From: Octopus sinensis
Lineage: Eukaryota
Length of the DNA stretch: 46,261 nucleotides
Assembly: GCF_006345805.1 (NCBI RefSeq)
Contig: NW_021834623.1
Coordinates: 1-46,261 of the forward strand
Reading direction: 5' to 3'
In this document: positions 1-12,160 of the stretch, in pieces
How the letters are laid out: each line of letters opens with the position of its first letter
Numbering within the stretch: position 1 is the stretch's first letter
Made by a program: the position numbers and the translations under genes
The notes under the pieces: model-generated
What the model was told of the DNA's origin: nothing
What the model saw: the letters and a program-made list of their open reading frames with translations, nothing else
Databases searched by the model: none

Positions 1-48
1 CATGATTGCAACATTTGAAGCTTTAGGGCAGGACGTCTACACGATCTA

Positions 49-84
49 TGCATGCATATTTGCATGTATCTATGCATGCATGTA

Positions 85-136
<52 letters not shown>

Positions 137-248
137 ATATATATATATATATTATATATATACATATTATATACACATCAATATATATATGTGTATATAT
201 GTATATATGCATATATATATATATATACATACATATACACATACGTCT

Positions 249-279
<31 letters not shown>

Positions 280-287
280 CATATATA
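49..287. repeat. Compound microsatellite (TGCA/TGTA)n-(CT)n-(TA)n-(CA)n
   Basis: Directly visible tandem motifs. Confidence 0.95.
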
Positions 288-290
288 TGA

Positions 291-445
291 CGAGCTTCTT
301 TGGGTTTCCATCTACAAACCTATCACAAGGCTTTGGACGACAGGATCTTATAGTAGAAGAAACTTGTTCAAGGTGCGATGCTGTGGAACTGAACTCGATA
401 CCATGTTGTATTGAAGAAAACGCCTAACCACAGAGCCACACCTGC
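291..445 (-). mobile_element. tRNA-type SINE family A, head and core
   Basis: Aligns by eye with 41841-41972 (gtttcc.tctac.aa...tatag.agaaga.ac...g.actgaactc...ccatgt...accac) and with the reverse complement of 871-1055. Abuts a (TA)n tract. Confidence 0.75.
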
Positions 446-870
446 AAATGTCCTTCCTTCTAGATTAGATCTTTTTGAGTTCCTATAGAAACCTGTCCGT
501 TGTATTTAACTATACAAGCTGTAATTCTTTCGAAAATGTTTCAATTCTAAGAGTCTTACTATTCCAGAACTTTCCACTTACTTGTCAAATGTAAGATTAC
601 TTGAAATAATCCAATTACATTGCGTATAGATTGGATTTCCCCTGCTTGCGATTGTAGATACCAACACACGATCTCCGTGTTCAATGACATTTACTTTATT
701 TTATATGTACTTTCAGCAGTGAAGACAGAAACCTACCAGAACGAATAAATTCTTTCTTTTTTATTTAGCGAGGTTCTATTTACTTTTCATTATATTGTAA
801 GGATTTCTTTATCAAGATAAATAAAAAATATAAAAAAAAGGAAAAAAAAGAAGAAAGAATAAGGAATAGA

Positions 871-1268
871 TGCAGACATGTCTGTATGATTGAAAAGAAC
901 ACTTTCCAATATCGTGGGTTCCGGTTCAATCACACTATTTTGCAAAATAGGCAAATCTTTTCTAGTATAGCACCCTGCCGACCGATGTCTTTTGATTTGA
1001 TTCACGAGAGGACGAAACTGTGCGGAAGCCAGCGGCTTTCATATTTTTATTGTGTTGTGTGTGTGTGTGTATTTATGTTCGGGTTGATGTCCTATCAAAG
1101 TTACAACCGGCGTCGGTTTGATTACGTGTCCGGTTCCACAGAAAGAGAAATCGCAAAAATAGTTACTGGTCTTGAAAAAAGGAAAGTATTGCGTTCAATT
1201 TCTTTGTCTAAATCTTAGAAAGTTGCGCTGCACCATGGCCGCAGTCTAATTTCTGGAACAAGTCAAGG
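871..1268 (+). mobile_element. SINE family A, near full length and diverged: tRNA-like head, core, internal (TG)n and 3' tail
   Basis: B-box-like GGTTCAATC near 922. The core matches the other family A copies. The tail (acaaccg...catggccgcagtc...gaaacaagt-like) aligns with 5895-6080. Confidence 0.7.
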
Positions 1269-1729
1269 ATGAAAGTTTCATCTTATTATTCTTTTCCAAC
1301 AAGAACATTCTGGCCGTTTCTAACTGAGAGCCTTTCACTTTTGTCATTTTCCTTTTTATATATTTTATATATATTTTGCTTCCTATATTTCCCAAACGAG
1401 TAAAATGTACCCAAATATTGAATATATTAAATAACTTAATTTATATCCCCATTTATTCTACAAGGTACTATTGAAATATTCGTAAGAAATAGATTTTTTC
1501 GGAATCAATCGGTTAGCTCTCGTCACAGGGGAACATCGACATTAAGGATAAGTTTATAGACAATGCAAGAGAATAATTATCATGGACTGTTAATTGAAAA
1601 GATTTATCGTATAAAAGGAAGGGCTGGCGAAAGCTATTGAGCAGGATAACGTAAAAACATAAGAACGTAAGTATATATATATATATCTATATATATATAG
1701 ATATATATATATACACATTTCTTCTTATA

Positions 1730-1965
1730 TTCTTACAGATAGAGAGATAGATAAATAGATAGATAGACAGACTGATAAATATATACAGATATATCGATAG
1801 ATAGGTAGATAGATTGAAAGATAGATAGATAGATAGATCGATAGATAGATAGATAGATAGATGATAGATAGATAGATAGATAGATAGGCAGACAGATAGA
1901 CATATATATATAACTAGATAGATAGATACATACATACATATATGCATACATACATATCTGCATAC

Positions 1966-2004
<39 letters not shown>

Positions 2005-2023
2005 CATACATATATACATATAT
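1730..2023. repeat. (GATA)n-(CATA)n-(TA)n compound microsatellite
   Basis: Directly visible. Confidence 0.95.
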
Positions 2024-2025
2024 AG

Positions 2026-2180
2026 AGCTGTTCCGTTTCCCTCAGCCACACCCAATCAAAATGTTTTGGTTGGCGCCGGCCTGTCCTAATAGACATTTGT
2101 CAGAAGTACCAAGTTGTGTGCCTGAACCGGAAGCCACGTGGCAATGTAACAAGCTTCTTACTACACAGCCAGGCCATCGC
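2026..2180 (-). mobile_element. SINE family A, head and core
   Basis: Reverse complement reads ggctgtgtagtaagaagcttg...ccggttcagg...ggaaacggaacagctc and is collinear with the other copies. Confidence 0.7.
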
Positions 2181-2792
2181 TTATACATGCATCCATTAAT
2201 AATTTTGTCGTTGTTGTAGATGCTGTTGAATTTGTTGGTGTTGTTAACGTTGATGTCGCAGTTATTTCTAATGCTTATATTGTTGATGCTGCTGTTGATG
2301 TTGTTGTTGTGTGGTCCTGGGCTGGTCCTGATTGACGAGACACATAAGCTAATGCTGCAAATAAAATTTATTTCCCCCCGATTTTCATTTAGCCCGCAGG
2401 AAGTCATTGATTATGTAAATCGTTCTTTCCGTTGTAGCTAAAAGTAATACTGTGATACTATGTTTAGAATACCCCGAACGGGACCACTCCATCTCATTTG
2501 TATCTATTAAGGGAAACGTATCTCAGGTTATGTAGCTTCTCCCACGTATGTCGTCACAAATGCTTTTTTAAATATCGCGATAGAGTGAAAGTCGCTGTAG
2601 ATGCTGGTGTTAAAAATGAGAATAAAAAATATAAAGTAAATCTTTCTTCATACAGATAGAGAGAGAAACAGAGAGACCGAGTGAGGGATAGAGAGAGGAA
2701 GAATTAGAGAGGAAGAATCGTAACTGCAAGAACTAACTAGGCTTAATTCGGTGAGTTCAACGTGATATGGCCAGCATGTATAATACAATTAT

Positions 2793-2855
<63 letters not shown>

Positions 2856-3641
2856 AATATATGTGGTGTGTGTGTGGGTGTGTGTGTGTGTGATATGTGT
2901 ATTGTTATAATATGATATATATATATTTAATTTAAATATTTTAATGAATTTTTATATTTTATATTTTATATTTTTTTTATATATTTTTAATTAATTTTAT
3001 GTATTGGCTTATGATTTTCACTGTTTGATTTGCCTAGTAGTGGTTTTATCTATAATTTAATATAATATATATATATGTATAGTCACTAACTTGTGAGTGC
3101 CGTTAGAATGAGTCGATATCGATTGCAAATTTACGAGTGGAGAAACCCAAGCTGTCCAGTGCACACCTTTAGACCCCAATTCCCGATCGCTTAAGGCTAA
3201 TTTGATCTACCTAGGCTTAAGGCAAATCACCTCGCAGACAGTTACACGAATGGAAAGCCCACAACTTTCTGGTTATTGCAGCCATCTAAGCAAACTTCCA
3301 AGCTGAGATGTTGGACTGTATTGCGTGGAATGGCGCACACATTAAAATTAAAAAGAGCAAGCAAGAAACACACCTGTTTTGCGCCAAGGATCGGTTCCCC
3401 TAACCAGTTCCGGGCATGCTTATTCCTTCTGATCTTGGGACACGAAAACATATATCATCAGCCACGTAATGGCGGATGTACTATTCTTTTCCTTCTCTTA
3501 GGTCATTTTCCTCTTTCCTCTTTCTGACGAAGATCCATGCCCGAAATTTCACTACAAGTGGCCTAGCATATGTAAAACGTCAATAGACAACATATTCTCA
3601 ATATATAATAGTGTACATTTAAACACAAGAGAGAGTAACGA

Positions 3642-3783
3642 CCTTCAGTCTTACACGCTAGAAGAAGTAGTCAAAACGACCAAAACCACGTTTAAGAGCA
3701 TTCTTCAAAAGGCAGGTAAAAATTAGTTGTGGTTTTGCTCGTTTTGACTACTTTTTCTAGCATGTAACACTACTTGTTGAAGG
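3642..3783. mobile_element. Short MITE-like fold-back element with ~39 bp inverted arms
   Basis: 3651-3689 (ttacacgctagaagaagtagtcaaaacgaccaaaaccac) matches the reverse complement of 3729-3767 at 36 of 39 positions. Outer ccttca/tgaagg also pair. Confidence 0.75.
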
Positions 3784-4190
3784 CAGTTTCTCTTGTGTTG
3801 GGCTGATATTAGCATCTCACTGTTAATAGTTAGGACTTTTCAGCTTCTATTAAAATATTGTGAAGAATATGCTTTAAGGCACTGAGAATGATATTCACAA
3901 CACAAATGTTCATCCATGCCTCTCAAACTCTCCTTATCACTCTATCACTCATTGCCTTTTCACGCCATCTCTGTTAAGACGCATATTACATACACATGCA
4001 CACGCATATACATACATACAAAGAGAGAGAGAGATAGAGAGAGAGAAAGAGAAAGAGAAAGAGTATGCGATAGAAATAAATACTTGCACAGCTAATTACA
4101 TGGAAATATATATATATATAATATAATATACGTGCGTGTGGGTGTGTATACATATATACACACATATATAGGTATATATATACATATGGT

Positions 4191-4222
<32 letters not shown>

Positions 4223-4289
4223 TACATAAACAACGCACACAGACACACACATATATAGATATATGTGTTTATATATGTATACAAATAAT

Positions 4290-4339
<50 letters not shown>

Positions 4340-4920
4340 GATATATATATATAGATATATATTATATATATATATATATATATACGTACACGAACTTACG
4401 CCTCTTTACTATATACAGTCATGCACATCCATTTCCTTCCAGCTCATTGTCTATCATTGTTCGTGTATTAATTAATTACCAACGTATAATTTCTCCTTCT
4501 AACTATCACCGATGCCATCGCCACCAAATTAGTCACTTGTTGGTAGTCCTATTATCTTATTGTTTCCATTATTAGTGATGGTGTCGATGCAGATTTTGCT
4601 TTTTATATGCCATTTTGTTCTCTTATTATTCGCTAATTTTTTTTTGTTTAATGCTCTGCTATATATTTTTTCCTTTTTTTTTATTTTATATATATTAATC
4701 AACCTCGTTTTGTTTAATTTTGTATTATTTGTAAATATGCTGTACGTTTTTGTTTTGTTTTGCTTTTTTGTCCTTTTTCGGGTGGCTGATAGATGTTGTA
4801 AGGGTATACGCGCGCGCATGCGTATTTGATTGCCTGCATGTCTATATTTTCGTATATTTTCATTATTTCCCAAATGTTATAACGTAATTAGCTAACGTAA
4901 TATATGAGAAGAAACTAACC

Positions 4921-4921
4921 A

Positions 4922-4958
<37 letters not shown>

Positions 4959-4960
4959 AA

Positions 4961-5001
<41 letters not shown>

Positions 5002-5033
5002 TAATAATAATAACAACAAACAACAACAACAAC

Positions 5034-5112
<79 letters not shown>
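4921..5112. repeat. Trinucleotide ladder (ACT)n-(AAT)n-(AAC)n-(AAT)n
   Basis: Directly visible. Confidence 0.95.
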
Positions 5113-5115
<3 letters not shown>

Positions 5116-5265
5116 TTGCACTACTAGGCACTGCACACATCCTACGCAGAACACTTTCCATACACTAACCATCAGAGCATCACAACAAATCACGGCACAT
5201 ACCCAAGGCACAGAGAGCTGCGCTCGGTAGTGAAGTGAAAGCACGCTATAAAAATAAAACTACTG
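5112..5265 (+). mobile_element. 5'-truncated 3' end of an R4/Dong-like RLE non-LTR retrotransposon inside a (TAA)n array
   Basis: 5115-5168 translates IALLGTAHILRRTLSIH*, resembling the LLGTAHILR C-terminus of R4/Dong-type ORFs. A ~100 nt 3' UTR follows, and (TAA)n lies on both sides. Confidence 0.75.
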
Positions 5266-5285
5266 AATAATAAAAATAATAATAA

Positions 5286-5319
<34 letters not shown>

Positions 5320-5408
5320 TAATAATGATAATAATAATAATAATAATAATAATAATTAATAATAATAATAATAATAATAAAATAATAATAATAATAATAA
5401 TAATAATG

Positions 5409-5446
<38 letters not shown>

Positions 5447-5447
5447 T
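5266..5447. repeat. (TAA)n array
   Basis: Directly visible. Confidence 0.95.
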
Positions 5448-5456
5448 GTAATAAAA

Positions 5457-5710
5457 TGCTCTGATACAGCAATAGAATTGTAAAGAAGGAGAATGGAAAA
5501 TTAAAAACAAGACAATCCCTTAAAATTTGATATTTTAAGGATTTGAAGCATCAAATTTGTAAAGTTTGTGTTCGTAATAATTGGCGCATTTAGAACTGCG
5601 AGCCAAAATATAGACAAAGAAGTAAAGCAGATTGGAATAAAATGCCACGCAAAGCTTCTACAGAAAGCTTGCCGCTTAGGGATAAGGATAGGCCACCGTC
5701 AGGGTTTTAA
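5457..5710 (+). pseudogene. Older R4/Dong-like ORF C-terminal remnant (after the RLE domain)
   Basis: 5520-5681 translates LKFDILRI*SIKFVKFVFVIIGAFRTASQNIDKEVKQIGIKCHAKLLQKACRLG, resembling the VIIGALG...LLQKACLLG terminus. Contains in-frame stops. Confidence 0.7.
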
Positions 5711-5869
5711 GTACTTCAAAGACTATTGAAGGTTTGTGAATACCTAAGCTTACATGTAATAACACGCTACGCAAATAAATTCTACTACAACTAAGAATGA
5801 ACCTGAGTCAAGCCCGTCAATAAGTCCATCAATCAATTATTTAAATAAAATAGATAATATATGTATATA

Positions 5870-6082
5870 TATATGAGTGCGTGTGTGTCTGTATTTGTCC
5901 CCCTAGCATTGCTTGACAACCGATGCTGGTGTTCTTATGTCCCCGTTACATAGCGGTTCGGCAAAAGAGACCGATAGAATAAGTACTGGGCTTACAAAAG
6001 AATAAGTCCCGGGATCGAGTTGCTCGATTAAAGGCGGTGCTCCAGCATGGCCGCACTCAAATGACTGAAACAAGTAAAAGAG
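5870..6082 (+). mobile_element. SINE family A, 3' half ((TG)n and tail), low divergence
   Basis: gcttgacaaccgatgctggtg...gcggttcggcaaaagagaccg...ccagcatggccgca.tcaaatgactgaaacaagtaaaagag aligns with 1065-1268. Confidence 0.8.
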
Positions 6083-6093
6083 GAAAGAGTAAA

Positions 6094-6165
6094 TGAATAA
6101 TAACAACATCAATAATAATAATATTAATAATGATAATAATAATAATAATAATAATGATAATAATG

Positions 6166-6244
<79 letters not shown>

Positions 6245-6270
6245 TGATGATGATAATAGTAACAATAGTA
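6094..6270. repeat. (AAT)n/(GAT)n array
   Basis: Directly visible. Confidence 0.95.
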
Positions 6271-6595
6271 GGATTAATAATAGCTCTAAAGATGGCTCTG
6301 TATGCTGGAAATAACAAGTAAGTAGAAACACTGCTACTGATAGTGCATATATTTACCAAACGAATAGATATTAAATTCAGCTTAAAAAAACCTTCAAACC
6401 TACATTGAAAATAAGAAAATTAGTTGAGCGTAAGAATATCACACTGGATAATGAAAATAAAATAAAAGACCCAGACATGCAAATAGTAACTATAATTATT
6501 GCAAATATGATTACCGCTGCTGCCGCCTATGCTAATGGTAGCAATTAAAATGTAATTAGTAATAATAGAAATATTAATATTGTATTGATAATGAC

Positions 6596-6663
<68 letters not shown>

Positions 6664-6679
6664 CAGCAGCAGCAGCAGT
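6596..6679. repeat. (TAG)n-(CAG)n array
   Basis: Directly visible. Confidence 0.95.
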
Positions 6680-6781
6680 ATCAGTGGTAGCTTGAGAGCT
6701 AGTGAAGCAATAGTATTATAAGGTGAAATAGGTGTACGGATACAGAAGAAATGGGTGTTTCTGATCAGATTTTCGTTCACG

Positions 6782-6986
6782 GTGATGATGATGATGATGA
6801 TAATGATGATGATGTTGATTATGATGATGACGATGATGATGATGATAATGATGATGATGGTGATGATGATGATGAGGATAATAATGATGATGACAATGAT
6901 GATGATGATAATGACGCTGATGGTAGTGATAACAAAGTATAGAATGATGATTGTGATGATAAATGATCAAAAAACCAGACATACGG

Positions 6987-7029
<43 letters not shown>

Positions 7030-7165
7030 ATATATATAAATAATATATATATATGTATATATATATATATATGTATAAATAATATATATATATATGTATA
7101 TATATATATTATAGCATATATATATATATATATATATATATGTGGGTGTGTGTGTGTGTGCACAC
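6782..7165. repeat. (GAT)n array followed by (TA)n-(TG)n
   Basis: Directly visible. Confidence 0.9.
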
Positions 7166-7584
7166 ACATGCATGCATACATGAATAAACAAAAAATGGAC
7201 TAAATAAACTGATGAGGAACGTAAACAATAGTATGAATGCCGTCACGTTTGCAAGCAACGGAGCGGGATGAGTGGAGAGAGGCAAAGTCGCTAAAGATTG
7301 TTATATATAAATAGCGAACTAATCAAGAAGAATCAAAGAGAATGGCAAATTGCGTCAATTATTTCATGCAATATATTCTTGTGCTTTACAGCTATTGCTG
7401 AGACCAGGTAGCTGTTAATTATAACTGTGAAATATTTAATGGGACAATTTCATACACTTTTTTTATTGCCGTGCTAATTACCAGTGCATGGCATATACGA
7501 AATTGAATAGGTCTCTATATATCTTTACGTATGCAGACGAATATAACCCTCTCACATTCTCTCCCTCCCTTACTCTTACTCAGT

Positions 7585-7613
7585 ATGTATATATATATAC
7601 ATATGTATATATG

Positions 7614-7649
<36 letters not shown>

Positions 7650-7663
7650 CTCATATACATGAA

Positions 7664-7698
<35 letters not shown>

Positions 7699-7716
7699 TA
7701 TATATATATATCTCCC

Positions 7717-7774
<58 letters not shown>

Positions 7775-7857
7775 TATATATATATTATATATATATAGAT
7801 AGATAGATATAGATAGATAGATAGATAGATACATATATATATATATAATATATATAT

Positions 7858-7894
<37 letters not shown>

Positions 7895-7912
7895 AGATAG
7901 ATAGATACATAG

Positions 7913-7946
<34 letters not shown>

Positions 7947-7960
7947 TATATATTATATAT

Positions 7961-8003
<43 letters not shown>
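7585..8003. repeat. Compound microsatellite (TA)n-(TATC)n-(CT)n-(TA)n-(GATA)n-(TA)n
   Basis: Directly visible. Confidence 0.95.
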
Positions 8004-8006
<3 letters not shown>

Positions 8007-8009
8007 TAC

Positions 8010-8430
8010 ACATCGAACCATCTAAAGCCATTCCATAAATTTTTACATGCAGATAAGAATCTGGCCTCCTTAAACTCATATCCCATTGCAGATCACTGGT
8101 ATTATTGTTTGAGGAGTTGAGGAGGATAAGTGGCCAATTTGTTCTCTAAGTCCCGTTTCGTCTACTGAGATATGCAGATATCCTCCGGGTCCTCTTGGCG
8201 ATTTCATTATGACATAAGTTTCCTAACAGTCAGCAGATTACTGCCTGTTCATAAAGAACACCAAATAATTGCTTAATGTTGCGTCATATATTTTCGTTGA
8301 TCCCTTTACAACATGTGTAATCCATAAGCCCCTAATCCACATTTTCATTTCCTTTCATTCTGAGACTTAAAGATCAAATACTAAGCACCCTTTGCTTGTA
8401 TATCCTAGATCTCTATAGCATCAGTTATTG
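8010..8430 (-). mobile_element. Possible highly decayed CR1/L2-like LINE C-terminal remnant
   Basis: Minus-strand fragments DIQAKGA*YLIF...RK*KCGLG and [11 protein letters not shown] weakly resemble the LEKVQRRA...LG and FF..RV..LWN motifs. Many stops. Confidence 0.3.
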
Positions 8431-9871
8431 CATCAGCATTTATCTCTAATGTTACTATGGTAGTAAATGTATTGAACACATCGATTAATAAACATCTATT
8501 GATTGCTTATCGTGCATTTTGTGTTATCTGTACAACCATTGTCTATGGTATAAGCTGGGCCTCTATTTTATATGTGCGTGTATTTATATACACATAATTT
8601 GTAAGTACTTATTATATATATGTACAAACATACATGCAGAAATGTTTTCATACACGGATACACAAGGGTTTAAAAGGCGATTAGCAAAAAGTTGTTCCTA
8701 ATAGAAAGATTAGAATTTAAATGTCGATGGTTGAATACAATGCCAGTAGAAAACAACGAGAATGTCTACAACAACAGCAACAACAACAACAACAACAAAA
8801 ACAATAAAAGCTGACAACAACATGAACAATGAGGAAATTTTAGCTTACATAAAAATAAAAGATATTGTAAACAAAATATATAATCAAATATTTAAAACAA
8901 AAAATACAAACGTAAATAAAATGTAGAAATTAAAACACAAAATAACAAAAATTTAGCCTGAAAAAGAAAATGGCAGAATAATGAACATTTTTAATTTAAC
9001 TTCAATTTTGGTGTATTTCTTATTTTGTCTGTTTTTTCTTAATTTTTTTTTAATATTTGCTTTTGTGTAGAAAACAGAGTTACAAATAAGCTGGTTATTA
9101 ACAGCTTCATTAAAATTAGATTTAGATAAATATAAAACAAGAAGTGTAAGGTAGAAAAAAAGGTAATAGACGTCGAGAAAGAAAGATAGTAGTAGAGAGA
9201 GAGAGAGAGAGAGAGGGGAAGAGAGAAAGATAAAGTAACAGCGAGAAAAAGACAAAAAAGATAACGTAAAGGCATTGAAATTATGAAATATATAAATGTT
9301 ATTCTTTAGACAAAAGGAATCTAATTTCTGAATAATTAATTTCTTGGTGGTTTGCGTTTCTTACAATCGCCACACACACATCTCCGGCATCCAAGCGCCT
9401 CTCGGCTCCCGTCCTCCCGTGCTCTCCTCCCATTCGCTAACACTCATTAACGTGGCATTCATTATCCTCATCAACTCATTAAGTGGTATTTATTACTTGT
9501 TTTGACTGTCGTCGTCGTCGCCATCTTCAAGTTCGTCAGCGCCGTCGTCGTCGTCGTCGTAGTAGTATTAGGAGTAGTATTAGTAGTAGTAGTAACAGCC
9601 ATCGTGGTGATTATTGTTAGGGTTAATGATATTATATTGCAAGGACTCTAATACGTACACCAGACACATACGCGCGTACACAAACTCACACACACATACA
9701 CACTCACAACACACACGTACAGTTACACACACAAATACAAACATATATTTATATAAACATATGGATGTACATGTGTGTGAGCATACGTGAGTGCGTGAAC
9801 CTGTTTGTGAGAATGAATATGTGTATTCTGATAAACATTTACATATATACAAACACAGCTACGCTTATGTA

Positions 9872-9911
<40 letters not shown>

Positions 9912-10799
9912 GGTATGTATTTTATGTATGTATATATATATATATTATATTATATACATATATATATATGAATATATATATTATATGTATATACATATAT
10001 ATGTGTGTGTGTGCGTCTGAGTATAAATATGTGTGCATACATTCCAATATGTTTTTATACATTATATACATATATGACTATATGTATTACAAACACAGCC
10101 ATACATCCTAACACAAATATAAACATACATACGCATCCCGCCACACACATATGTATGTATGTATATATGTATGTATGTATGGATATGGATGTATTGATAT
10201 ATGTACATTACTTCATACGCGCATGTACATTATCACATCACACACATATCCATGCGTATATATGTGAGTAGGTATCTGCGTGAGTAACAAAGTGAGAGGG
10301 AGAGAGGTGGATGCGAATGAAAAGAAAAAGATAGGAAGCGAAAACAATATATAAGTGGTAGGAGTACAGTCGCCATCGTCATGTAATTTGAACTGCGAGT
10401 TTTGAGGCCATTTTTCCATACATTGTTCTAAGAAAGATTAACAATGAAACACAGAAACGAATATAGTGTTTCAGAAAATGCTAACTCTATGCGAAAACCA
10501 TTCGACAAATAAGAGAAACAAAGGTGAAGAAGGGAAGAAAGAAATAATATCAAGAAAATTCGGAAGTGAACTGGGAGGAAGAAAAGTGAAGTGGAGAGGT
10601 AAAAAGGAAGGGGAGAGAAACGAGAAAGAACGCTAAGTAAAAATGTCGAAATATTAAGTAATTTGTTGAATAGGGCTTTGTTTGTCATTGTTTGGGTTAA
10701 AATTTTCTATACATTTACAGGAAAAATATCATCAAGTTCAGTATGTATGTAGAATCACATGCGCTGAAGGACTAAATATAATCAGCAGATTAAAAATAA

Positions 10800-10930
10800 C
10801 ATTATTTACATTATTTATATTCAACGGATATTTGTCCTCATCTTCTTTGTTGTTAACACAGTGCTTCGGGTGATACACCATCAAGCCTTCTTCAGGTGTC
10901 TTGGTGAAATTTCGAGCCTGGTTTCTCATT
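10800..10930 (-). mobile_element. Penelope-like terminal repeat fragment with a decayed minimal hammerhead motif
   Basis: Minus strand 10899-10856 reads ACAC-CTGAAGA-AGGCTTGATGGTGTATCACCC-GAAGC-ACT-GTGT. Stem I (ACAC/GTGT) and the CUGANGA box are intact; the GAAAC and GUH positions are mutated. Confidence 0.55.
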
Positions 10931-11584
10931 CCTTAGGTGCGTGTAAATATATGCATGTTTCATTGCAATATACGCATATGTGCTTTCGGGTATCTGAGTG
11001 TGTATATATATATATGCGACGGGAAAGAAAATACATTCATTTATTGTGATAGCTATATCGAGGAACATATATATATATATATATTAAAGATGAGATACGT
11101 AAGTGCTTATTTCCGCTACATTAAACAGAACACTATTTACTAGATGAAATGAAGAAAATGTCAGACCACTTGTATAACGGAATTAAACATAAACTTCTGA
11201 GAAAAATGGCCAATGAGAAAGAAAACAATACAGCAAGAAGAATGTCAAGAAAACCACTAATATAAGAATAATTAAATTTTAGTGCCTCTAATTCGTAGTG
11301 TATACATCCATCCATCCATCCATCCATCCATCCATCCATCCATCCATCCATACATACATACATACATACATAGACACATACATATGTATATATAGGAAGG
11401 TTTACCGAAATGAGGCCAAAACAAGCGGGTTCCTCCACAGGCTTTAGAAAAACAGAAGGACCACTGCAATAAGTGTGTAAATTGTACATGGGAATACGTT
11501 GAATAAAACCATAATTAACTGATGCACCTTTATTTTATTTTACTCAAGGCTAAAAACATTTTAGCAACCCCTATAGAGGGGGAA

Positions 11585-11682
11585 CTATGTGGTAGGGAGT
11601 TTGTTTCTTAACCACATGGTTTCGTGTTCGTTTCCACAGCGTGCGTCCTTAAGCAAGTACATTCTATCATAATCTTGTAAAC
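11585..11682 (+). mobile_element. SINE family A head fragment
   Basis: gtggtagggagtttgtttcttaaccacatggtttcgtgttcgtttccacagcgtgcg...aagcaagt matches the family A head. Confidence 0.6.
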
Positions 11683-12024
11683 TTACGTTCTAAGGAAACA
11701 CTCGTAAATGAGAAACTATTGGGTCATTCTTCCTTTGCATTTCTTATAAAGGGAGGTTAAGGCAGATCTTTACAGTGTCTCTTTGGCGGGTGGGAATGAT
11801 GGAGGAGCCTAAACTTATACGGGACAAATGCCTATAGTGCATGCAAGAAGTTGATTTCCAATATTCCACCTGATTATGCCCAACACGTCTACGAGTTGAG
11901 TCTACCACCCAACTAAGCTATAACAAAATTTGAAACCAGAAGGAAAAGAATCATAAAACATACTGTATAGTAATCGTTTCAACGTTCTCATCGTTCTACC
12001 ATTCAACCGGGTTTGGATGATAAT

Positions 12025-12160
12025 ATTTTATCGACTCTGAGCGGATATAAAGCAAATTTAGCTTCAGTGAGATTTGAACTCAGAACTCGGAGTGCCTGAA
12101 TAAGTACTAAGAAGCATTCCGTTGTGCCCGATGTTGTTATAACTCTGCTAAATAACAGCC
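12025..12160 (-). mobile_element. SINE family B, diverged
   Basis: ttttatcgactctgagcggat...gatttgaactcagaac is the reverse complement of the core seen at 27868-28044 and 28861-29005. Confidence 0.6.

Noticed and set aside
717-748. Possible short terminal exon (tttcag|CA GTG AAG ACA GAA ACC TAC CAG AAC GAA TAA, VKTETYQNE*)
   Set aside because: The acceptor looks good but the exon is too short to distinguish from chance, and no upstream exon lies in the window.
3100-3520. Possible Penelope GIY-YIG remnant upstream of the 3524 hammerhead-like heptamer
   Set aside because: Only a short NLIY match, with no YIG or later motifs.
6093-7039. Poly-N, poly-D, poly-H and poly-L ORFs
   Set aside because: These are trinucleotide microsatellites with no flanking domain or splice support.
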